From NCBI GenBank assembly GCA_022072205.1, contig JAJVID010000143.1:727-64726 (forward strand): a stretch of DNA of 64,000 nucleotides. Reading direction: 5' to 3'. The stretch comes from Acidobacteriota bacterium (lineage in GTDB: Bacteria; Acidobacteriota; Blastocatellia; RBC074). The notes beneath the pieces are model-generated. The model was not told where the DNA came from, did no database searches, and saw only the letters and a program-made list of their open reading frames with translations. The position numbers were made by a program, and so were the translations under genes. Of the stretch, positions 1 through 10,127 are shown piece by piece; the stretch's first letter is position 1, and every line of letters starts with the position of its first letter.

Positions 1-328
1 CCCGAAAAGCAGCCAGGGAGAGAGCAAAGAACAAACAGATAAAGCAACACACAAACGCCCACATCAGGTTCCCGAACGACCGGCATTTGGCTTTTTGAAA
101 AAACCAGCTCCCAATCGTAACGATGCTGCCGATCAGAAGGATGTAAAGAAAGGCGCCAGCGATAATGCAATTTTCCCAAGAGGCGCTGGTCAGCCGGTTG
201 ATTCCTGCCACACTTCTGGCAAAACAGATTGCTGTCGGCGCTGCGGCGAAGACAAACAACCCGAAAAGTTTGGAACCGCGCCCCTGGTATTCTCTCCAAC
301 GAAGCTTACGAGCATTCTTTCGTTTCAT
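1..328 (-). CDS. integral membrane protein, N-terminal part only (gene runs off window start)
   Basis: Minus-strand frame open from ATG 326-328 to the window edge. It is absent from the ORF track because there is no stop in the window. GGAGGG lies 6 nt upstream of the ATG. Translation MKRKNARKLRWREYQGRGSKLFGLFVFAAAPTAICF...IIAGAFLYILLIGSIVTIGSWFF...LMWAFVCCFICLFFALSLAAF shows three hydrophobic helices. Confidence 0.5.
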   Translation of the reverse strand, partial: MKRKNARKLRWREYQGRGSKLFGLFVFAAAPTAICFARSVAGINRLTSASWENCIIAGAFLYILLIGSIVTIGSWFFQKAKCRSFGNLMWAFVCCFICLFFALSLAAFR

Positions 329-844
329 AAGACACCCTCCTTTCGGCGACAGACAGCCGCTCCACTGCGAGAAGCGATCCACCTGTGATTTGCGTTTGGG
401 AAGCATCAGCCCCGTCTGACCGGGCGCTGACAGCGCATTTATCAATGCCTCGGACTCAAGTCCGCGCTAGGCGTTGAGCATTTACCGGAGTGGGGTGGCT
501 AAATTCCGGATGTTGGGTGACCTAATCGTCTACTTCAGGGTGTTATTGATATGAATTGTATATTTGATTTTCGACCTAAATGTCGCTGGAAGATAACCCG
601 CCGCTCAAACCGGCGCATCAGAAAGTATGTCCGCTCTTGGCGTTCCTGGGGAAAGTAAGTACACTGGGAGCGCCTCAGATGCGGCCCCCGCGGAGGTAAG
701 AAGTAACCCGGCAGTACCTCAATTCAGCAGTTTATTCGTAGAAATGAAAAACGCCATCCAGGCGTGACGGGACATCAGAGGTTTCCCGGATACGCTCTGA
801 GTATACTTTTATGCGATGTTGGATTTTTCGGAGGGTCCAACCGT

Positions 845-2419
845 ATGTCTGTCGAGGAAAAATCACCTGCATCTCGCCCCAAATCGAAATCCGTCCTCGA
901 CCTCGCGGCACTGATCAAACAGACGATGATCCAGGCGGGCGTCGGAAAGCAGTTTGCCTTGATCCTTCAACTTGGCAGGATTCTTTACCCCAAAGAATCG
1001 AGCGATAAATATAAAGGGTCACAGTTGAAAGACATCTTGCGCGGCAGGAAAGTACCGTTTCTGCATTACCTGCTCGCCATATATCTGGCGTTACGAATCG
1101 AAAAGGAAAATAACTTCGCGCAACAATCCAACCCGGCGGATGAAATCAAGGAAAAGCAGAGATGGGCCATTGGCTGGCTGATCGCCGAGTTGGAATCCCT
1201 TAAAAACGAGACCGTAAAGAACAGGAAGCCGCTGACTTCGTCGAGTGAGATGAAGCAGCGATCACGCCTGCCTGACAATTATATTCAGGAGTGGGTTGAT
1301 GCGGTTGAATCATTGAAAGAACTGATCGTCGAGCCTGCTACACGCGACAACGACATCCCGTCATTGCCGACGCTGGATCAGTTTCCCGATATGTTTTCGC
1401 CGCTGATAATAATCACCGGCACAAGCCGTTATTCCCCGCCCGAATCCATCTCCGATTTGTTCAACGCCAGCGCACGATTAACCGATTTGCTCTTCATCAA
1501 CAGGTTGAAACTGCCACTTAAAACCCTGGTCATTCCAGACAGCCATATCATCAATCTTGACCCGCGAAACCGTGTCAGACTGTTGGGAGAAAAAAACATA
1601 CTCCTGATCGGAGGCCCTGTGGTAAACGCCGTGACACGCGCGCTCTGGAAAAAAAGCGTGTTCGGCTTTTCTTTTGACGAGCGTCGCGGAGCTTTTAACG
1701 AAATCTATGACGAGTTGAAGAGAACGGGGCTTCTCAATACCAAAAAGCAGGTGGAGTTGTTCCACGCGTTTTTGAACAGTTCCCCGGAAATTGATTACGA
1801 CAGCGATGTTTATCGCGATCGCGGCCCGACGAAAGCGGAACGGCGGAAAATATACGATCTGGTCATGGAGTGGCGGGGAAAAGTGGGAATACCAGGCGCG
1901 AATCACGATCAGATAAAAAAGATATTCTACCCCAACGGATCATTCGACCCTGTGGCGATGAATGAGGAATCCGCTCCGGGAAACGGCCATGACCGGGCGC
2001 TTATCACCCTGGCTCCTAACATCTGGGATCGGGGAATTGACGACATTGACGAAGATAATTATCGCGGGCGGTATGTTTCGGTAATCGTCGCAGGCTTCAG
2101 TGAATTGGGAACAGCCCTTGCTCTCAAGTCGCTGGCCAATCCGGGACACTTCAAAAGTCACCCGCTAGGCGGCTTCCTAAATGTTACGCCGGGCCAATAC
2201 AGCACTGACCTGGAAAAGATTACCCAGGCGAATTACGAGTGGGACGACAACAACTCGACTCCCGGATACACGGTGAGAAGCCTCTACACGCAAATCAAGA
2301 AACAGCTATCCGCCGATTCTGGGGAAAGAGCCTACGTGCTGCGACGGCGTTTCAACGACGCTGAGCTATCCGGGTATTGCGAATTCATCGAGAGATTTTT
2401 ACGAGATGATCGGGGGTGA
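845..2419 (+). CDS. hypothetical protein with Xre-like helix-turn-helix N-terminus and unknown ~400-aa C-terminal region
   Basis: The track ORF 764-2419 begins at GTG. An internal ATG at 845 has GGAGGG about 10 nt upstream. The N-terminus (LAALIKQTMIQAGVGKQFALILQLG...LKDILRGRKVPFLHYLLAIYLAL) resembles an HTH_XRE fold. I do not recognise the rest. Confidence 0.6.
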   Translation: MSVEEKSPASRPKSKSVLDLAALIKQTMIQAGVGKQFALILQLGRILYPKESSDKYKGSQLKDILRGRKVPFLHYLLAIYLALRIEKENNFAQQSNPADEIKEKQRWAIGWLIAELESLKNETVKNRKPLTSSSEMKQRSRLPDNYIQEWVDAVESLKELIVEPATRDNDIPSLPTLDQFPDMFSPLIIITGTSRYSPPESISDLFNASARLTDLLFINRLKLPLKTLVIPDSHIINLDPRNRVRLLGEKNILLIGGPVVNAVTRALWKKSVFGFSFDERRGAFNEIYDELKRTGLLNTKKQVELFHAFLNSSPEIDYDSDVYRDRGPTKAERRKIYDLVMEWRGKVGIPGANHDQIKKIFYPNGSFDPVAMNEESAPGNGHDRALITLAPNIWDRGIDDIDEDNYRGRYVSVIVAGFSELGTALALKSLANPGHFKSHPLGGFLNVTPGQYSTDLEKITQANYEWDDNNSTPGYTVRSLYTQIKKQLSADSGERAYVLRRRFNDAELSGYCEFIERFLRDDRG

Positions 2420-2504
2420 GTGATAGCGCGGTATCGAGCCTGCTCGTAAGCATACGGAAATGAGCGGGGCGAACGGGAAGATGGCTATTCGCCCCGCCTG
2501 TCAT

Positions 2505-2735
2505 TCACAACTTTGGCTTTGGCGCTGGCAGAACAGTCGCCACGACCTGCGATTCAAAGCCGCATCGCGCGTGCGAGCCGTCGCAGAATGGCTTGTTGCC
2601 GCTCTGCCCGCAACGACACAAACTGATGACCGTGCGTCCGGCCAGATCGTATTTATTGCCGGCGCCATCGTAAATTTCGATCTCGCCCTCAATGCGCAGC
2701 GAGCCATTGTTATTAACGGTGATTTTCGTCGCCAT
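2505..2735 (-). CDS. CDGSH-type iron-sulfur domain protein
   Basis: Motif CRCGQSGNKPFCDGSH is present. The ATG at 2733-2735 has an AGGTGG SD 6 nt upstream. The track ORF starts 9 nt earlier at GTG. Confidence 0.8.
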   Translation of the reverse strand: MATKITVNNNGSLRIEGEIEIYDGAGNKYDLAGRTVISLCRCGQSGNKPFCDGSHARCGFESQVVATVLPAPKPKL

Positions 2736-2747
2736 AGATTCCACCTG

Positions 2748-2957
2748 TTATGCGCTCTTCTTTGAAGCTTTGAGCGGGTTGACCGGACGTGGCGCGCGCT
2801 CTTTGGCCAACTGATCCGCATACGCCTTGCAATCGTGATTGTCGGCTTTGTCTTTCATCCACGCGTCCACCTCAACAGTGTGAGGCAGCATGGCGAAGAC
2901 CGGAAATTTGTGATTGCACTTCTGACAAAAAATGCTGTAACGCTTGACTGTCGCCAT
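2748..2957 (-). CDS. small hypothetical protein (possible Cys/His metal-binding)
   Basis: Internal ATG 2955-2957 is preceded by GGGAG. Sequence is MATVKRYSIFCQKCNHKF...NHDC. It sits 4 nt upstream of the CDGSH gene, so they probably form an operon. Confidence 0.5.
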   Translation of the reverse strand: MATVKRYSIFCQKCNHKFPVFAMLPHTVEVDAWMKDKADNHDCKAYADQLAKERAPRPVNPLKASKKSA

Positions 2958-3053
2958 AATCAAATTACTCCCTGATTGATAAATTTGTCTTCGTTGAGTT
3001 GAACTTGATCGCGCGCTCCGGCGCGCGCCAAACAAAGGCGCGAGTATACACTA

Positions 3054-4157
3054 TTATTTTCCCACATCAACCCACCGCCGCTCCTGGTTGGATCGCCGCA
3101 CGGCGTCAATCACTTCCTGGCAGCGCAAGCCATCGGCGAAGGTGGCGGCGTGCGCAATTTCTGTGCGGTCTTCGCGCAAAGCCTGAACGGTTTCGCGGGC
3201 CAGATGGTAGAACGAACGCGCCCAGATGTTGTTCGGGATGACCGAGATTTCGAGCGCGCGGTCTCCAAGGGACATGTCTTCAAACGGATGATTGTAACCA
3301 AGCGCGCCCGACAGAGTCTCTTCACCATCCAGAACCAGCGTTCCCTTGCTGCCAGCAGCAGTGACTTGATTCTTGCCGCCGCTTGCGAACAATGCGGAAA
3401 GCAGCACCGTGCCCTGAGCCGCATGCCCCTCGTGCCCGGCCAGCTTCATCAAAAATGAGCAGTAATCGTCGGTTTCGTTCGGCTTCATTTCACCAGTGGC
3501 CGGATCTTTGCGCTCAGCAACCATCGTCTCGACCGCGCCGCAGACCGATTCGATTTCGCCAAACAGCCAGCGCACGGCGTCTATGGCGTGCGATCCCAGC
3601 GCTCCGAGCAGCCCGCCTCCCGCCGATTCCTGCGACCACCAATTCCACGGACGCTGCGCGGAATGGCGAAAACCAGAGGCAATGGTTATGTTCACGTGGT
3701 AAAGATCGCCCAGAAATCCGTCCTCGACCAGTTCTTTCAATCGCCGCCAGGTCGGATTGAATCGCAACTCATGATCAATGATCGAAAGTTGCGCAGGGCG
3801 CGATTCCGACGCGGAAGCCATCTCGCGCGCCTCACCGGCATTCATCGCCATAGGCTTTTCGCAAATCACGTGCTTACCGGCGTCAAGCGCCGCCAATGTG
3901 ATCGGGTGATGCAAATATGGAGGCGCGGAAACCACGACCAGTGAAACCTCATCGAGCGCGAGCAATTGCTCATAATTTTCGCAGGCGTGTTTGATATTAA
4001 ATTCCGTAGCCACACGCTGCGCATTCTCGAATCGCCCGCTGCACACCGCCACCATCTCCGCTCCTTCGCACACGCTGAAGGCGGGAGCTTGCGCGCTGCG
4101 CGCAAAGCCGGTTCCGATCAAACCGACTCCGATCTTCTCATCCTTCATTTCAGTCAT
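3054..4157 (-). CDS. Gfo/Idh/MocA family NAD(P)-dependent oxidoreductase
   Basis: N-terminal Rossmann motif KIGVGLIGTGFARSA and family-typical EKPMA motif. The start could instead be ATG 4148 (MKDEK), which has better SD spacing. Confidence 0.85.
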   Translation of the reverse strand: MTEMKDEKIGVGLIGTGFARSAQAPAFSVCEGAEMVAVCSGRFENAQRVATEFNIKHACENYEQLLALDEVSLVVVSAPPYLHHPITLAALDAGKHVICEKPMAMNAGEAREMASASESRPAQLSIIDHELRFNPTWRRLKELVEDGFLGDLYHVNITIASGFRHSAQRPWNWWSQESAGGGLLGALGSHAIDAVRWLFGEIESVCGAVETMVAERKDPATGEMKPNETDDYCSFLMKLAGHEGHAAQGTVLLSALFASGGKNQVTAAGSKGTLVLDGEETLSGALGYNHPFEDMSLGDRALEISVIPNNIWARSFYHLARETVQALREDRTEIAHAATFADGLRCQEVIDAVRRSNQERRWVDVGK

Positions 4158-4423
4158 TCACCTTTAGCTTTACGTCAGCTTTGTTGAACCGCCTAATTTC
4201 GCGGAAAATCGCAGGAAGCGCATTGTAGCATCCCGATTTCAGAAAGCCGAACGCCAAACAAATTTTCATCACATTTCATTTTTCGCCATTTCCCGTTACT
4301 TTTCCCTTTAGATAGCCGTGCTATAATCGCGCCGTCTTTTTGCCAGTAGTAAAATAGGATCAATTTCAATGGCAGAGGATTGTCAACAGGGCCTTTCGAG
4401 AAAGCCTTTCAAGGAGGACAACA

Positions 4424-5167
4424 ATGGTAAAGATTGATGACACGAACAACCCTGGGAAATACGAACGAGACGAATTTTCTCCGAACGAGTACACTGCCGG
4501 CGAACAGAGCGGTGGCCCCAGAGGTTACTCACTCCAGTTCGATGACGACGACCGCGATCCCTGGAACTACGATGATAATTACCGCCGCGATAAAGATCTG
4601 GACGACGATGACGATGATTATCTGAAAGACGAAGACGAGGTGGAGATCGAAGAAGACGACGATAGGTTCAGCGATGAAAAACCCGGCAGCCCCGTTTGGC
4701 CCGGACACAGCGTTGACCAGGAGGAAGAAGAACCTGCTCCAGTTGTCTCAACCGTCTTGTCACCCCCGGCGCCGGAACCCGCGCCAATTCCGGCGGCTGC
4801 TGAACCATCGGCCCCGCCAGCCGCAAAGCCTGCCAGGAAACCGGCCAAGAAAGCTGCAAAGAAAGCTGCGAAGAAGGCTGCGAAACCAGCTAAGAAGGCT
4901 GCTAAGAAAGCCGCCAAGAAAGCCACCAAGAAGGCTGCGAAACCAGCTAAGAAAGCCGCCAAGAAGGCTGCTAAGAAAGCCGCCAAGAAGGCTGCTAAGA
5001 AAGCCGCAAAACCGGCTAAGAAAGCTGCTAAGAAAGTAGCCAAGAAAGCTACAGCCAGGAAAGCCGCAAAACCGGCTAAGAAGGCGACCAAGAAGGCGGC
5101 CAAGACTGCTAAGAAAGCCGTGAAGAAACCAGCTAAGAAGGCTGCCAAGAAAGGCTCCAGAAGATAA
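4424..5167 (+). CDS. bipolar nucleoid-type protein: acidic N-terminal half plus histone H1-like (AKKA)n C-terminal half
   Basis: AAGGAGG SD lies upstream of the ATG. Residues 1-110 are D/E-rich (DDDDDDYLKDEDEVEIEEDDD). Residues 135-247 are repeats of type KPAKKAAKKAAKKAAK. Confidence 0.8.
   Translation: MVKIDDTNNPGKYERDEFSPNEYTAGEQSGGPRGYSLQFDDDDRDPWNYDDNYRRDKDLDDDDDDYLKDEDEVEIEEDDDRFSDEKPGSPVWPGHSVDQEEEEPAPVVSTVLSPPAPEPAPIPAAAEPSAPPAAKPARKPAKKAAKKAAKKAAKPAKKAAKKAAKKATKKAAKPAKKAAKKAAKKAAKKAAKKAAKPAKKAAKKVAKKATARKAAKPAKKATKKAAKTAKKAVKKPAKKAAKKGSRR
4826..5164 (+). repeat. coding low-complexity repeat (AAG AAA GCY GCN, Lys/Ala tract)
   Basis: Imperfect 12/24-nt repeats of aagaaagccgccaagaaggctgct encode the AKKA tail. 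Confidence 0.8.
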
Positions 5168-5280
5168 GCCAAAGCCGCTGATGATCTCCGATCAGTCAGC
5201 GGCCTTCGCATCTTATGAAGTTGGCGAGAATGGCGCCGAAATGAAAAAGCGGACGGGTCTTTTCACTTGGGTGAAAGGGT

Positions 5281-6330
5281 CTAGTCCGCTTTTTGTGTCC
5301 TTGTTTTGCGATTGAAAAGTTCGGCGGCGAGTTTGATGGCCGCGACCATGCTCGAATGGTCCGCTCTGCCCTGCCCCGCGATGTCGAACGCTGTGCCGTG
5401 ATCAACTGAGGTGCGAATGAACGGTAGGCCGAGTGTGACATTGACCGCTTCACCGAATGAAAGGCATTTGACAGGGATCAATCCCTGGTCGTGGTAGCAC
5501 GAGATAACGATGTCGAATTCCCCACGCGCCGCTCTTACGAAGATTGTGTCACCGGAGTGCGGCCCGCTGACATCTATGCCATCCTGTTCGCGGCAGGATT
5601 CGATGGCCGGGAGCATCTCTGAAGCTTCTTCAAATCCAAACAGAGTTCCTTCTCCGCCATGCGGGTTCAGTGCGGCGACCGCGATGCGCGGATGATCAAT
5701 CCCGTAAACTGTCAGTTCACGGTGGATCAGGCGGATCAGTTTCTCAATCTCCGGCTTTTTGACATAGCTCGAGACATCGGCGAGCGGGACGTGTGTGGTG
5801 AGCAACGCGACTCGCAGCATCGGCGAGATGAACGTCATAGCGAATTCATCCGTTTGCGCCAGATGCGCCAGAAATTCAGTGTGGCCAGGGAAGTGATAGC
5901 CGGCCAGATAGAGGGATTTTTTATTTATTGGCGCAGTGGTAATCGCGTCGAGATGACCTGAGAGGCAAAGGTCGGTTGCAACTTCAATAAATTGGGCGGC
6001 TGCGCGGCCACACTCCACCTGTTCGCGGCCCATCTCAATCGAGCCGGGGACATTGTTCAAGTTATAAATGATTGGCGCGTCCGAATTGAGGGGGATGGGA
6101 TCGCCTGCGTTTAAACAATAGAAACCGCGATTCAAGTTGAAAACTCGCGCCCAGTGCGACAGGTACTGAGCATCGCCGATGATGACTGGCGAGCACGCGG
6201 TAAGGACTTCTTCTTCGGCCACTGCTTTGAGCGTTATTTCAGGGCCGATGCCAGCCGGATCACCTATCGTGACACCGACACGCGGCTTTGCCCTCACCGC
6301 AATAGAACTTGTGTCCGTGTTCGCCGCCAT
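5281..6330 (-). CDS. pdxA: 4-hydroxythreonine-4-phosphate dehydrogenase
   Basis: Motifs GDPAGIGPEI, TAPINK, FPGHTEF, LNPHGGE, YHDQGLIP and SVDHGTAFD. Confidence 0.9.
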   Translation of the reverse strand: MAANTDTSSIAVRAKPRVGVTIGDPAGIGPEITLKAVAEEEVLTACSPVIIGDAQYLSHWARVFNLNRGFYCLNAGDPIPLNSDAPIIYNLNNVPGSIEMGREQVECGRAAAQFIEVATDLCLSGHLDAITTAPINKKSLYLAGYHFPGHTEFLAHLAQTDEFAMTFISPMLRVALLTTHVPLADVSSYVKKPEIEKLIRLIHRELTVYGIDHPRIAVAALNPHGGEGTLFGFEEASEMLPAIESCREQDGIDVSGPHSGDTIFVRAARGEFDIVISCYHDQGLIPVKCLSFGEAVNVTLGLPFIRTSVDHGTAFDIAGQGRADHSSMVAAIKLAAELFNRKTRTQKAD

Positions 6331-6358
6331 TCATCTCAATCATACGAATTGAGCAGAT

Positions 6359-6787
6359 TTAGTCGTCGTTTCCATCATGTTCATCCTTGTACATATACTT
6401 GATGTTATGTTTGAGGACGAGCAGGTTCGGCCCTTCATCTCGATGCATTTTGATGCTGTTCTTGTCGTACCATTCAATGGTGCCGCGCAATTCCTCATTA
6501 TCCTGTAGCACAATCACCATCGGTGTGTGAGCGTCCATCTGCTTCTTGTAATAAAAACTCTCAGCATTAGTCTGCTCAGGCGGAATCTTTTTCTTTTGCC
6601 CAGGCTGTGGTTGCGGATGCGGATGCGGATGCGAAGCCGGGGCCGGTTCAGGAACGACACGACGCGCCTGTTGCGCCTGCATCTCTCTTTCTTTGACTTC
6701 TGCCAGTGTGGTGCGAATTAATTTCCGATTCACGATCGCTTCTCCTGTGATACGTTGGTTGAAAAAGTGAGAGGACAGTCTGACCAT
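6359..6787 (-). CDS. hfq: Hfq-like (Sm fold) RNA chaperone with long N-terminal extension
   Basis: The C-terminal 65 aa ([28 protein letters not shown]...[13 protein letters not shown]) match the Hfq Sm1/Sm2 pattern (V.v.L.nG..l.G.I..fD, then YKHAI). A ~70-aa extension with [10 protein letters not shown] precedes them. An alternative start at M36 (6682) is possible. Confidence 0.6.
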   Translation of the reverse strand: MVRLSSHFFNQRITGEAIVNRKLIRTTLAEVKEREMQAQQARRVVPEPAPASHPHPHPQPQPGQKKKIPPEQTNAESFYYKKQMDAHTPMVIVLQDNEELRGTIEWYDKNSIKMHRDEGPNLLVLKHNIKYMYKDEHDGNDD

Positions 6788-7150
6788 CTGCCCTTAAGCG
6801 GAGCAAAGTAACGAGCCGCAAGCCCTTTCCATTAGAGCGGATTGTTTAACAGGTTATTCGCATGTCGCGGCTGGTGATTGCAATTACCGCTAACCAGCCA
6901 ATCATAAAGCTGATTGAAAAGCCTGTCCTCAGACTAAGCTGGGGTTGGTGTGGGCCGACACAGGCCCATACCACCCATTACAGGTATGACAACTTCCCCT
7001 CGTGAGATCAACGGTGGAACTTTGCGGGAATCAGCGACAGCGCTTTAGTTAAGCGCCCCACGATCACAACTCAATACTGTTGCTCGTTGATGGGGCAATG
7101 CTACCTTATGAAATTTGTCAACGCAAGAGGGATGGCAGGGGAGAGCAAGG

Positions 7151-7246
7151 AAAATCAAAAGGCAAAAATCAAAGGGCGAAAGTAAGAGGACGAATTTGCA
7201 GTCCAGAACTTTTGCCCTTTGATTTTTGCCTTTTGATTTTTGATTT
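7151..7246 (-). repeat. heptad-periodic palindrome immediately after the ftsZ stop (probable terminator)
   Basis: Arm 7151-7177 (aaaatcaaaaggcaaaaatcaaagggc) is the exact reverse complement of arm 7214-7240, with a 36-nt loop. Both arms have 7-nt periodicity (tttgccc tttgatt tttgcct tttgatt tttgatt). Confidence 0.85.
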
Positions 7247-8401
7247 CTAGTCGGCCTTCTTGCGCATAAAAGTTGGGATCTCAAGATCCGCATCCGTCTT
7301 GGCCGGGATTGAACCGGAGGACGGAGGGCTGATTCGCGGCTGCGCGTTATTCAGATTATTCCCGCCGCCGACCGTAGTCTGGCGCAATGGCATGCTGTGA
7401 ACATTCTCGTTCTTCTGGCTATCGAAGCCGGTAGCGATGACCGTGATCTTCATCTCATTTTGCATGCGGTCATCCGTCACCGTGCCCCAGATGATATTGG
7501 CTTCCGGGTCGGCGGAATCATGAATAGCTCTCATCGCCTCATCCATTTCGAAGAGCGTCAGATCATTGCCTCCGGTGATGTTGACCAGCACGCCTTTCGC
7601 GCCGGTGATCGAAGCCTCTTCGAGCAGCGGACTTGAAATCGCGCGCTGCGTGGCGTCCATCGCGCGGCTTTCGCCGACCGCGTGGCCTGTGCCCATCAGC
7701 GCGATGCCCATGCCTTTCATAATCGCGCGGACATCGGCGAAATCCACGTTGATGAACCCGGGGATGGTGATCAGATCGGAAATGCCTTGCACCGCCTGAC
7801 GCAGCACGTCATCAGCCATCTTGAACGCGTCGGCGAGCGACATGTTGCGGTCAGCCGCGTGCAGCAACCGCTCGTTCGGAATCGTGATCAACGTGTCAAC
7901 CACCGAGCGCAGTTCTTCCAATCCGGATTCAGCCTGGCGCAGACGGTGACGACCTTCAAACGGGAACGGTTTCGTGACGACAGCCACAGTCAACGCGTCC
8001 AACTCCGCCGCGAGCGAGGCGATGATCGGCGCGGCCCCGGTTCCAGTGCCGCCTCCCAACCCGACGGTAACGAAAACCATGTCGGCGCCTTCCAGAGCTT
8101 CCAGTATTTTTTCAGTGTCTTCGAGCGCGGCGTCGCGCCCGATCTCAGGGTTCGCGCCCGCGCCCAGACCTTTGGTGAGTCTTGCGCCAAGTTGCAACTT
8201 GACCGGCGCCATCGCCCTCTTCAGCGCCTGAAGGTCAGTATTCGCCACCAGGAATTCAACGCCTTCGATGCGGGCTTCGATCATGTGATTCACGGCATTG
8301 CTTCCGCCTCCACCGACACCAATGACCTTAATTCGCGCGCCGGCAGATGGCGGCTCATCACCGAAGGTGAAATTCAATCCTGTGCGATCATCTAACGACA
8401 T
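7247..8401 (-). CDS. ftsZ: cell division protein FtsZ
   Basis: Tubulin signature [10 protein letters not shown] and [13 protein letters not shown] 8399-8401 is preceded by GGAGG at 4 nt. The longer track ORF starts at GTG 8437. Confidence 0.95.
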   Translation of the reverse strand: MSLDDRTGLNFTFGDEPPSAGARIKVIGVGGGGSNAVNHMIEARIEGVEFLVANTDLQALKRAMAPVKLQLGARLTKGLGAGANPEIGRDAALEDTEKILEALEGADMVFVTVGLGGGTGTGAAPIIASLAAELDALTVAVVTKPFPFEGRHRLRQAESGLEELRSVVDTLITIPNERLLHAADRNMSLADAFKMADDVLRQAVQGISDLITIPGFINVDFADVRAIMKGMGIALMGTGHAVGESRAMDATQRAISSPLLEEASITGAKGVLVNITGGNDLTLFEMDEAMRAIHDSADPEANIIWGTVTDDRMQNEMKITVIATGFDSQKNENVHSMPLRQTTVGGGNNLNNAQPRISPPSSGSIPAKTDADLEIPTFMRKKAD

Positions 8402-8823
8402 CCTGCCTCCTACGGGTATTTCAGTAGCCTGCTCCACTTACGTCAAAGCCACACGACTTCGGCTTCAACATTCGATTCGTTTGTAAACGACCGGCCGAGG
8501 CGGCAGCAGGCTTCATATTCAGTTAAGGATTAGTAGGCGCCAGTTCGAACTACTTGCGCTCTGTTATTCAATTCACTGATCGTGACTTCAGCCGCAAACA
8601 AACCGTTTGCGGAATAAGCCGGGGCACAATGACGCCGATTCGATCTTAATCGAACGGCCCGCAGGCCGCGCGACGTTTCGATCGGTAACTTCGCGTTGTC
8701 GAATCGTTGTGATTTAGCATTCTGGTTCGGCGCATGATCTTGTAGCTTGATGCGGATTTTACCACAAGATATTGGAACGCCAATAGCAAAGACCATTTCT
8801 GCGACAAGTAATGAAAATATTCG

Positions 8824-8854
8824 CTGATCGAGAACGCGCTCGACGTTCGATCAG
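8824..8854 (-). terminator. stem-loop just downstream of ftsA
   Basis: ctgatcga (8824-8831) pairs with tcgatcag (8847-8854). It lies 8 nt after the ftsA stop and is followed in transcript sense by a U-containing tract. Confidence 0.35.
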
Positions 8855-8861
8855 ATATTCA

Positions 8862-10112
8862 TCACCGCTTGATCCCGAAAAATGATTTGACTCTGTCTCT
8901 CATGGGCTTGACCGCTGTGCGGCGCCATTGGCCGCGACCGCCAGCGCTCACTCCGAGTTCGCGGCGCGAGCCGTGAAGAATCAATCCGACAGCCGCGGCG
9001 AAATTTGGCGAAGCGATCTCGTCGCCCAATCCCTGGAAATCGCCCGGCACGCCCAATCGGACCGGAGCGTTGAAAACATGCTCGGCGACTTCGATCAGCC
9101 CTTCGAGCATCGCGCCTCCGCCGGTGAGCACCACGCCGCTCGACAATTGCCGATCGAATCCCGCCTGACGAATCTCGTCCTGCACGTGAGATAGAATTTC
9201 CTCGGCGCGAGGTTCGAGGATGTCGCACAGAATCTGGCGCGAGACAGCGCGCGGCGCTCGCCCGCCGACGCTCGGAACTTCGATCAACTCCGAAGCCTCT
9301 TCGGGGTTGAGCAGCGGACGGTAGGCGCAGCCGTATTCGCGTTTGATCCTTTCGGCTTCGGGAATCGGCGTCCGCAGACCCACCGCGATGTCGTTGGTGA
9401 AATGATTGCCGCCGAGCGGGAAAACCGCTGTGTGCCAGACCGAGCCGCGCTGATAAATCGCCAGGCTCGTCGTTTCGCCGCCGACGTTGACCAGCGCCAC
9501 GCCGTATTCGCGGTCGTCATCCGTCAGCACCGCTTCAGCCGCAGCGAGTTGCGTCAGATAGACTCCAGCCACGTGCAAGCCGGCGCGATTGACGCTGGAG
9601 ATTATGTTCTGCTTCGCAGCCACCGGACTGGTGATAATGTGAACCGACACCGACAGCCGCGAACCTAGCATCCCAAGCGGATCGTCAATGCCGTCCTGAT
9701 CGTCAACCGTGTATTCCTGCGGCAAAACGTCGGCGACTTCGCGGCCCGAAGGGATCGAGATCGCGCACGCGGTGTCAATCACGCGCATCACGTCTTCGTG
9801 AGCGATGGCGCGATGGCGGCCCGGAATGGCGATCATGCCATTGCTGTTCTGCCCCTTGATGCTCGATCCCGCGAGGCCGACGTAAACCTGATTGACCGTC
9901 AGACCCGACATCAGTTCGGCGTCCTCGACCGCGTGTTTGATCGCGTCAACCGTCAGATCGGGTTTGCTGATCACGCCCCGGCGAAGCCCTTTGGAATCGG
10001 CCTCTCCGATGCCGACGATTTCCAGTTGGCCGTCGAGCAGTTCCGCGATCACCACGCGCACGCTGCTCGTGCCGATGTCTAAACCTACGATGGGTGAATT
10101 CTGTCTTGGCAT
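8862..10112 (-). CDS. ftsA: cell division protein FtsA
   Basis: Actin-fold phosphate-1 motif [16 protein letters not shown] and position between ftsQ and ftsZ. Confidence 0.93.
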   Translation of the reverse strand: MPRQNSPIVGLDIGTSSVRVVIAELLDGQLEIVGIGEADSKGLRRGVISKPDLTVDAIKHAVEDAELMSGLTVNQVYVGLAGSSIKGQNSNGMIAIPGRHRAIAHEDVMRVIDTACAISIPSGREVADVLPQEYTVDDQDGIDDPLGMLGSRLSVSVHIITSPVAAKQNIISSVNRAGLHVAGVYLTQLAAAEAVLTDDDREYGVALVNVGGETTSLAIYQRGSVWHTAVFPLGGNHFTNDIAVGLRTPIPEAERIKREYGCAYRPLLNPEEASELIEVPSVGGRAPRAVSRQILCDILEPRAEEILSHVQDEIRQAGFDRQLSSGVVLTGGGAMLEGLIEVAEHVFNAPVRLGVPGDFQGLGDEIASPNFAAAVGLILHGSRRELGVSAGGRGQWRRTAVKPMRDRVKSFFGIKR

Positions 10113-10127
10113 TGCTTTACCTCTGAT

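Noticed and set aside
95-419. Plus-strand ORFs 95-388 and 165-419.
   Set aside because: They are antisense to a better minus-strand frame that has a GGAGGG SD and clear transmembrane helices and runs off the window edge.
7045-7293. 82-aa ORF across the ftsZ-downstream palindrome.
   Set aside because: It is an artefact of the repeat element and overlaps the ftsZ 3' end.
8530-8796. 88-aa ORF in the ftsA-ftsZ spacer.
   Set aside because: It has no SD and a non-protein-like composition. The region is better treated as a regulatory spacer.
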